Shown in pieces: positions 15,904 to 21,195 of a stretch of DNA of 24,000 bases. Numbering within the stretch: position 1 is the stretch's first letter; each line of letters begins with the position of its first letter. Source of the DNA: Thermoplasmata archaeon (GTDB lineage: Archaea; Thermoplasmatota; Thermoplasmata; Lutacidiplasmatales; SKW197); assembly GCA_026414225.1 (NCBI GenBank), contig JAOAJK010000013.1, positions 16,536 to 40,535 of the forward strand, given 5' to 3'. Below the pieces are notes generated by a model, which was not told where the DNA came from, did no database searches, and saw only the letters and a list, made by a program, of their open reading frames with translations. The translations under genes were made by a program, and so were the position numbers.

Positions 15904-15912
15904 GATTGTTGG
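15859..15912 (+). repeat. Direct repeat CC[G/T]AAGATTGTTGG (15859-15872 and 15899-15912), offset exactly 40 nt, bracketing the E2 stop and the JAMM start
   Basis: 13 of 14 nt are identical. Similarity continues more weakly after each copy. Both copies encode P-K-I-V-G, one in the E2 frame and one in the JAMM frame. Confidence 0.8.
15871..15877 (+). promoter_or_regulatory. Shine-Dalgarno GGAGGAG upstream of JAMM ATG 15884 (inside the E2 coding tail)
   Basis: The GGAGG core is at 15871-15875, 8 nt from the ATG. Confidence 0.55.
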
Positions 15913-18508
15913 CGAAAGCAAAAAGGAGATTTCGAATAAAGAACCACCACAATACGAGTATCTAGCACCCCATGAATGGTCATCTAAAGAGGGGTTTGAA
16001 CTTTTTAAAAAGACAATAGAGTCGTCAAAAATTTTTGATGTTTACATTTCTAAAAATGCGGAAGAAAAGATTCTCCTCCATGCAATGAAGTACAAATCCC
16101 AGAACCTCGAAGTGATGGGATTCCTTCTGGGCGATGTGTACAAATACGACGGAAAGGTGTACACAGTTGTCCGGGACATTGTGACCTCAGACCTTGATGC
16201 CAGTGCCGTTCATGTGAAATTTGACAAGGAGGGTTATGAGAAACTGTTTGAACAGCTGGATGAAATTCCATTTGATTACATTCTGGTTGGCTGGTATCAC
16301 TCACATCCCGGCCACACATGTTTTCTCTCCAGCACCGACATTTCAACCCAGACCAAGATGTTTCCGCATGAATATCACTGTGCAATCGTAGTAGACCCGA
16401 TAAACGAAGAGTTTGCGGTCTTTGGTGTCAGGAACATGGATTATTACTCCCGTCCCTATGCAATTTTCTGGGAGGAATTGCAGAAACCATATGACTGCGG
16501 AAAATGGAAACCGGAAATGGGAAAAATTCAGTATCCTGTCAAAAAGAAAAAGATGCTGAAGAAGAAGGAGCACTCTGATGAGGATTCCAAGGTGTGTCCC
16601 AGATGCAAGGCAGAAGTGAGTTTTGCAGAAGCCATCTGCCCGAACTGCAAGTATGAGTTTGAGATGCCTAGCATAGAGGATTCCCTCGCTACCCTTAGCG
16701 AAAAGTACAGAGAACTGGAAAACCTGAAAAATGAGCTTGCTGCAAGGGAGGAAGCCCTCAAAACCAAAGAAAGTGACCTTTATGTCTGGGAAGAGGACCT
16801 TAAGATGCGGGAAAACAAACTCCAGGAAAACTATTCGGATATTAACAAGAAAATTGCGGAACTCACAGAATGGGAGAACTGGTTGAAGGCAGAGGAAGAG
16901 AGAATTAAACAGATTGGAATTGAGTTAAACGCAAAGGTGCAGGCGTTTGATGCAATGTCCCAGGACCTCAGGAAGCGCGAAGAAAACCTGACAGTCCAGA
17001 TGTACCAGCTCGAGATGGAACGGAATGCATTGAATGCAAAGTTTGAAGAACTGAGGCAATGGGAGGAGCGTTTAAAGGAAGCCCAGGAATACCCGCAAAA
17101 CATTGCAACCATGCCTGAGGAGATGCGGAAGAAGATAGAGGCGGATTTAAAGGAGCTGAGACAGATACGGGAGGAACTGCGGATAAAGGAGAAGGAGTTG
17201 AATTTAAAAGAAAAATGGATTCTCGATGCAATCCAATCCCTTAAAGAAGAAACAGGGGAGAAGGAAAAAGTTGAGAAATTTATAAAACTAATGGAGGAAC
17301 TGGAAAGAGAAAAGAGAGAAGTTGACACCAAGGCAACAGAGCAGGCAGCGATGGGGGCCATGCTGGCTGAGAAGGAAAAGCTATTCAAGGAGAAGGAGGA
17401 ATGGCTCAAGGCGGAGGAGGACCGCGCCCGTGTGCTTGCTGCAGAGCTGGAAGAAAAGGAAAGACAGCTCAATCAGATGCTTGCAGAAACCTCCGAAAAG
17501 AACGAAGAAATAGACCGTATGAAGATTGCACTTTCCAAGGCAATCGAGCAGACAAATGCAAAAGCCATTGAACTGAACGAAGCCAAGGAAAGATTGAAGA
17601 AGGAAGAAAACGATGTGATCCGTGTCAAGCAAGAACTGGAAACTCGCAGAGTCGCAATAGAGGATAAGGAAAAAGTGCTTTATGAGAAGGAAGAATTTAT
17701 CAGAAGCGAGGAGGAAAAACTGAAGGCAATGAACCTGAGATTGATGGAAAAAGATAGGGAGTTGCGGGAAAGAGAGGCCTTGGTTTCAGAACAGGAAAAA
17801 GTCATGGCGGAAGAGCGTGCCCGGATGGAGGAAGCGAGGAAAGAATACAATCAGCGTGTGGATAAAATCACAAGGTATGAGGCGACGCTCACCGAACGGG
17901 AGAGAACTTTTGCAGAGAAAGAGGAGTATATTGAGAGAAAAATTGTGGAGCTGGAAGGACGGGAGCGGGAGTTAAATGAGCGAGAGGAAAATGTGAAGAA
18001 GAAGGAGGAGGAGATTGCGAAAGACCTTGCTGTTATCGATGAGATGGGAAAGGAATTTGCTACCAGAAAGAAACAGATGGATGAACTTGAAGCAACGATC
18101 ACTGCGAAAAAAGAAGAGGTGGAGCAGGAAAAGAAGAATGTGGATGCCATGCTTCACGAAATAGAGCTAAAGACCCAGGCGGTTATTGAGGAAAAGAGCA
18201 ATATTGAAGCGGAAAAGGAGACCCTCAAACGGATGCGGGGAGAACTCGAAACTGCAATTGTTGATCTGGCCGGAAAAAAACTACCGCCAGATGCTCTTAA
18301 AGCTGAAATTGTGAGGGAAGTTGTGGAGAGGGTAGAGAAGGAACTCGCACCAGCAGTCAAGAAATTCCTGGAAGTAAAATCCAATGCTGAAAAGGTAATG
18401 GAGAAACTGAAGAAGCAGAAGGAAGAAATTCTCAAGGAGAAAGAGGAAGCCGAGGAAATTCTGAGAAAGCTTGAGAAAAAGGGATTTAAAAAGACCCAGG
18501 GAGGTTAA
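15884..18508 (+). CDS. JAMM/MPN+ metalloprotease (Rpn11/BilC-like deubiquitinase candidate) fused to a zinc ribbon and an approximately 600-aa coiled coil
   Basis: The track ORF starts at 15854. I prefer ATG 15884 because of its strong SD. This gives 874 aa and overlaps the E2 gene by 20 nt. MPN+ catalytic set: Glu in NLEVMGFLLGD, then HSHPGHTCFLSSTD (H-x-H-x7-S-x2-D). Zinc ribbon CPRCKAEVSFAEAICPNCKYEF (16595-16660). The rest is E/K/R/L-rich heptad-like sequence with recurring EKE..(F/Y).EKEE(W/F/Y)(I/L) motifs. The protein ends ...KKTQGG. Confidence 0.85.
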   Translation: MAREKPKIVGESKKEISNKEPPQYEYLAPHEWSSKEGFELFKKTIESSKIFDVYISKNAEEKILLHAMKYKSQNLEVMGFLLGDVYKYDGKVYTVVRDIVTSDLDASAVHVKFDKEGYEKLFEQLDEIPFDYILVGWYHSHPGHTCFLSSTDISTQTKMFPHEYHCAIVVDPINEEFAVFGVRNMDYYSRPYAIFWEELQKPYDCGKWKPEMGKIQYPVKKKKMLKKKEHSDEDSKVCPRCKAEVSFAEAICPNCKYEFEMPSIEDSLATLSEKYRELENLKNELAAREEALKTKESDLYVWEEDLKMRENKLQENYSDINKKIAELTEWENWLKAEEERIKQIGIELNAKVQAFDAMSQDLRKREENLTVQMYQLEMERNALNAKFEELRQWEERLKEAQEYPQNIATMPEEMRKKIEADLKELRQIREELRIKEKELNLKEKWILDAIQSLKEETGEKEKVEKFIKLMEELEREKREVDTKATEQAAMGAMLAEKEKLFKEKEEWLKAEEDRARVLAAELEEKERQLNQMLAETSEKNEEIDRMKIALSKAIEQTNAKAIELNEAKERLKKEENDVIRVKQELETRRVAIEDKEKVLYEKEEFIRSEEEKLKAMNLRLMEKDRELREREALVSEQEKVMAEERARMEEARKEYNQRVDKITRYEATLTERERTFAEKEEYIERKIVELEGRERELNEREENVKKKEEEIAKDLAVIDEMGKEFATRKKQMDELEATITAKKEEVEQEKKNVDAMLHEIELKTQAVIEEKSNIEAEKETLKRMRGELETAIVDLAGKKLPPDALKAEIVREVVERVEKELAPAVKKFLEVKSNAEKVMEKLKKQKEEILKEKEEAEEILRKLEKKGFKKTQGG
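16298..16339 (+). other. JAMM active-site motif HSHPGHTCFLSSTD
   Basis: Read directly from the translation. It is a canonical HxHx7SxxD zinc-binding motif. Confidence 0.85.
16676..18470 (+). repeat. Purine-rich, low-complexity coding tract (GAA/GAG/AAG/AAA codons) encoding a segmented coiled coil with internal peptide repeats
   Basis: Three near-identical motifs: AEKEKLFKEKEEWLKAEE, EDKEKVLYEKEEFIRSEE and TERERTFAEKEEYIERKI (nt about 17369-17944). Weaker copies lie upstream: KESDLYVWEEDLK, LTEWENWLKAEEE, LRQWEERLKE, KELNLKEKWIL. Pro-containing breaks occur at EYPQNIATMPEE and GKKLPPDALK. Confidence 0.75.
18499..18505 (+). promoter_or_regulatory. Shine-Dalgarno GGGAGGT upstream of E1 ATG 18510 (overlaps the last codons and stop region of the JAMM gene)
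   Basis: The GGAGG core is at 18500-18504, 5 nt from the ATG. The same bases encode the terminal Gly-Gly of the JAMM protein. Confidence 0.55.
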
Positions 18509-18509
18509 G

Positions 18510-19343
18510 ATGACAGCCAATAAGGTATTGAAGGTGGGAATGCATGACGAGGACATGTTTGATAGAGAAAAGAGAATTCCATGGATCAAATTCAATTTAC
18601 TCCAGAAAAGTAAGGTGCTTGTGGTGGGTGCAGGTGCCCTTGGCAATGAGGTGGGGAAAAACCTGGTTCTCTCAGGTTTCAAGAATATCTCAATAGTGGA
18701 CATGGATAAAATTGTGAAATCCAATTTAAGCAGATGTGCTCTTTTCCGAATTGAAGATGCAGAGAAAGGGCTGCTCAAGGCAGAAGTCCTTGCCAGAGAG
18801 CTGAAAAAACTGGATAAAACCGTGAGGGTTTCCTGGTACTCCAAACCAATTCAGGAACTCCCAGAGGATTTTCTCAAGGAGTTTGACATTATCTTCGGAT
18901 GCCTGGACAACATCATGGCGAGGTTATACATCAACTCCCACGCATACTATTACGGAATTCCCCTGGTAGATGGAGGCACACTCGGTACATCTGGAAAGGT
19001 TCAGGTGGTACTGCCTCCCAGAACCGCATGTATAGAATGCGGAATGAACAAAACCCATTTCAAAAATCTGGAGCAAATCTTTTCTTGCTCGGGAAGGGAG
19101 GATGTGACAATCTACTCTCCGAAGCTGCCAGCGGAAATTACTACTACTGCTGTGATTTCAGCGCTCCAGGTACTCTCAGGAATAAAGATAATCTCAAAAC
19201 AGTATGACTCCCTCCCCTACAACCTGATTTACTATGATGGATACCGGAATGTGTTTGAGGTCCTTGAAGTTCCCCTGAATAGTCACTGTCCCAACCACAT
19301 AACCCAGCCAACAAAACCAAAGAAGGAGAAAAAGAGGAAATAA
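18510..19343 (+). CDS. Ubiquitin-activating enzyme (E1) homologue, minimal ThiF/MoeB/UBA-type adenylation domain
   Basis: The track start is a TTG at 18471 inside the JAMM gene. ATG 18510 follows a perfect SD and lies 1 nt after the JAMM stop, giving 277 aa. Motifs: Rossmann VLVVGAGALGNEVGKNL; IVDMDKIVKSNLSR (Arg finger/ATP site); FGCLDNIMARLYIN (Mg-ATP Asp); GGTLGTSGKVQVVLPPRTACIECG (compare human UBA3 ...[14 protein letters not shown]). A Cys in IFSCSG (19086-19088) sits at the position of the UBA3 catalytic-Cys segment. C-terminal HCPNH is a possible second zinc-ligand pair. There is no ubiquitin-fold domain. Confidence 0.85.
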   Translation: MTANKVLKVGMHDEDMFDREKRIPWIKFNLLQKSKVLVVGAGALGNEVGKNLVLSGFKNISIVDMDKIVKSNLSRCALFRIEDAEKGLLKAEVLARELKKLDKTVRVSWYSKPIQELPEDFLKEFDIIFGCLDNIMARLYINSHAYYYGIPLVDGGTLGTSGKVQVVLPPRTACIECGMNKTHFKNLEQIFSCSGREDVTIYSPKLPAEITTTAVISALQVLSGIKIISKQYDSLPYNLIYYDGYRNVFEVLEVPLNSHCPNHITQPTKPKKEKKRK

Positions 19344-19354
19344 AATTTTTAAAT
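19344..19354. terminator. A/T-only 11-bp convergent intergenic spacer with a T5 run (19346-19350); possible oligo-T terminator for the Ubl operon
   Basis: The sequence is AATTTTTAAAT, between the E1 stop (19341-19343) and the stop of the minus-strand gene (19355-19357). No hairpin is evident. Confidence 0.25.
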
Positions 19355-21100
19355 TTATTCAAACCCTGGTGGGAGATATTCGCCAGGTTTCTGGTGCCAT
19401 GCGACGCTCTTCCCTTTCTTCTTCTTCCTCTTCTCTTTCCACTCTGGAATCTTGTGTCTTAGATAGAAATACCAGAGCAGGAAGACCACGAGGACTGTAA
19501 TAACCACCGCTGCAACGATGTATGGCGTGTAGTCGGGCGGTGGCGGCGGCACCTCGGTCATTTTCTGCTTTACCTGTGAGTCAGCATATAGCTCTGTTAT
19601 GCATATGACCCTTAGCTTGAAGAAGTATGTGGTCCCTGGCTGAAGTCCGCCCACTTCTTTATATGTGGTGTCTTTATTGGTAATTACATACCTTTTCTCT
19701 GCATTCTGGGGGTTAGTGGAAATTGTATTGAGATTAGAATCGCAGTAGAGTTCGTATCTCGCGAAGTCGGGTGCAGTGGATGCAGACCAGGTCACATTCA
19801 TCGATGTGGTTGTGACATCAAAAAAGCCAAAAATTTCACAGGGCTGGGGTTTGATTGCCTTTGGATTGTCAAACATGTAAACTCCAGCCGGATTATCTGT
19901 TACTCTGTATGCTGCACCCAGCGCTATGCGACTTCCATCATCGCGGCTCATATCTATGCTGCTCACCAGATCGAAGTCAGTGGAAAGTTCGATGCTGCGG
20001 AACGGTTTATGCACAGGCACATAAATCAGCCACATGTTCTTTGCAGTGGCGACGACAATGTAATTTCCGTCTTTGTCCATGAACGCATTTACAATTGTGT
20101 TGTTATCAGGTGTGGTCCAGTTCCATTTGAACCTCTTCGAGAATTCCATTGTGGAAAAATCGAGGAATGTAATCTGTTTTCCGACCGCCACAAAGCCCTC
20201 ACTGCCCGAATAATTCATAGAAGTGGCTACTGCGTCTCTGATTCCATCAACCCTCCATACCTCCTTGTTCTGGGTCTGGATGAATTTCAGAATTGCATTA
20301 TTGGTGCAGACCATGATAACGGTGCCATCATCGGACATCTTCATTGCGGTAATTCTAGAAAGATAACCTGAACCAAGGATGTCTCTCAAGCGGTCTGTCT
20401 GCCACTTCGGGCCATAAGGGCTATCCCTCTCGTAGAGTTCAAGCCGCACATAGGTGTCTGACTCGGAGACACCGACCACAAAGAATTTACCATCGTAGGA
20501 AGCGGAAAGTCCGTACTTGGCTCTCGCATCGGAAAAACCTGTCTGGTAGTTCCAGAGTTCAGTGCCTGTTTCTACATTGTACATTGAGACATTGTATTTC
20601 CATGTGTTCGACCATCTGTAATAGTAAGTGACCATCAGCAGTTTGCCATCCGCAGAAATATCAAAACCAGTTATATTGCCAGGTCTCGGCTGGGAGACAT
20701 TCCATCCATATTGAGGCGGTTGATTCGGGGAGTAGATGCGGAAAGGTGTCTGCATATCCTGTCTGTAAATCCTGACTGCTCCTCTATCGGAAACGAATAG
20801 CAGCGGCGGGTCTGCCTTCTTTGCAATCTTTATGCCCGTAATGTCAGCACCGTACAACCATGTTCTCACGAGGCTACCCGTGTCCGCCTCAAACAGATAT
20901 ACATTGTTTGCGTAATCGTAGGCACCAATGTATTTGGCGTCATCAGTGATAGAAATCCCTTTTACAGTGCTGTTTGTCTCGTACTTCCAGGTCCATTCGA
21001 GAGCATAGCCACCTTCTGCATTTCTGGGGGCACTATGGGGGTAAACCCCGCTTATCATTATCCAAATCAGCATAAGAACTACGATTCTGCCCGCTTTCAT
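19355..21100 (-). CDS. Secreted, membrane-anchored surface protein: signal peptide + about 8-bladed beta-propeller + fibronectin type III domain + C-terminal TM anchor with basic tail
   Basis: 581 aa. N-terminal MKAGRIVVLMLIWIMISGVYP. Eight repeats of an (S/T).D(G/A)..(I/V)....... pattern (ISITDDAKYIGA, DISADGKLLMV, SASYDGKFFVV, KMSDDGTVIMV, MDKDGNYIVV, DMSRDDGSRIAL and others). FN3-like segment SMNVTWSASTAPDFARYELY...LQPGTTYFFKLRV. PPPPPDY stalk. TM helix YIVAAVVITVLVVFLLWYFYL. Tail KEKRKKKKGK. Confidence 0.7.
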   Translation of the reverse strand: MKAGRIVVLMLIWIMISGVYPHSAPRNAEGGYALEWTWKYETNSTVKGISITDDAKYIGAYDYANNVYLFEADTGSLVRTWLYGADITGIKIAKKADPPLLFVSDRGAVRIYRQDMQTPFRIYSPNQPPQYGWNVSQPRPGNITGFDISADGKLLMVTYYYRWSNTWKYNVSMYNVETGTELWNYQTGFSDARAKYGLSASYDGKFFVVGVSESDTYVRLELYERDSPYGPKWQTDRLRDILGSGYLSRITAMKMSDDGTVIMVCTNNAILKFIQTQNKEVWRVDGIRDAVATSMNYSGSEGFVAVGKQITFLDFSTMEFSKRFKWNWTTPDNNTIVNAFMDKDGNYIVVATAKNMWLIYVPVHKPFRSIELSTDFDLVSSIDMSRDDGSRIALGAAYRVTDNPAGVYMFDNPKAIKPQPCEIFGFFDVTTTSMNVTWSASTAPDFARYELYCDSNLNTISTNPQNAEKRYVITNKDTTYKEVGGLQPGTTYFFKLRVICITELYADSQVKQKMTEVPPPPPDYTPYIVAAVVITVLVVFLLWYFYLRHKIPEWKEKRKKKKGKSVAWHQKPGEYLPPGFE

Positions 21101-21130
21101 TTAATCACCACTGAGAGGATTACTTATGGG

Positions 21131-21140
21131 TATTTATAAC
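21131..21140. promoter_or_regulatory. Near-palindromic TATA-like element TATTTATAAC in the divergent intergenic region (21101-21195)
   Basis: On the minus strand it reads GTTATAAATA, about 35 nt upstream of ATG 21100, which itself follows GGTGAT. A second AT-rich box (AATTAATAG, about 21166-21174) lies about 25 nt upstream of ATG 21196. Confidence 0.3.
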
Positions 21141-21195
21141 TTTCTTGGATTGACTTCAGAAAGGAATTAATAGTTTTCGGGATTATCATTGTTTG

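Noticed and set aside
16528-18844. Series of minus-strand ORFs (16528..16767, 16831..17472, 17851..18150, 18154..18435, 18281..18844 and others) with Ser/Phe/Leu-rich translations
   Set aside because: They are the antisense reading of the GAA/GAG/AAG/AAA-rich coiled-coil coding tract (TTC/CTC/CTT/TTT codons). Stops are depleted by composition, not by selection.
19344-19354. Bidirectional hairpin terminator between the E1 and the propeller gene
   Set aside because: The spacer is 11 bp of pure A/T with no stem potential. Only an oligo-T (T5) signal for the plus strand can be argued, and it is listed at low confidence.
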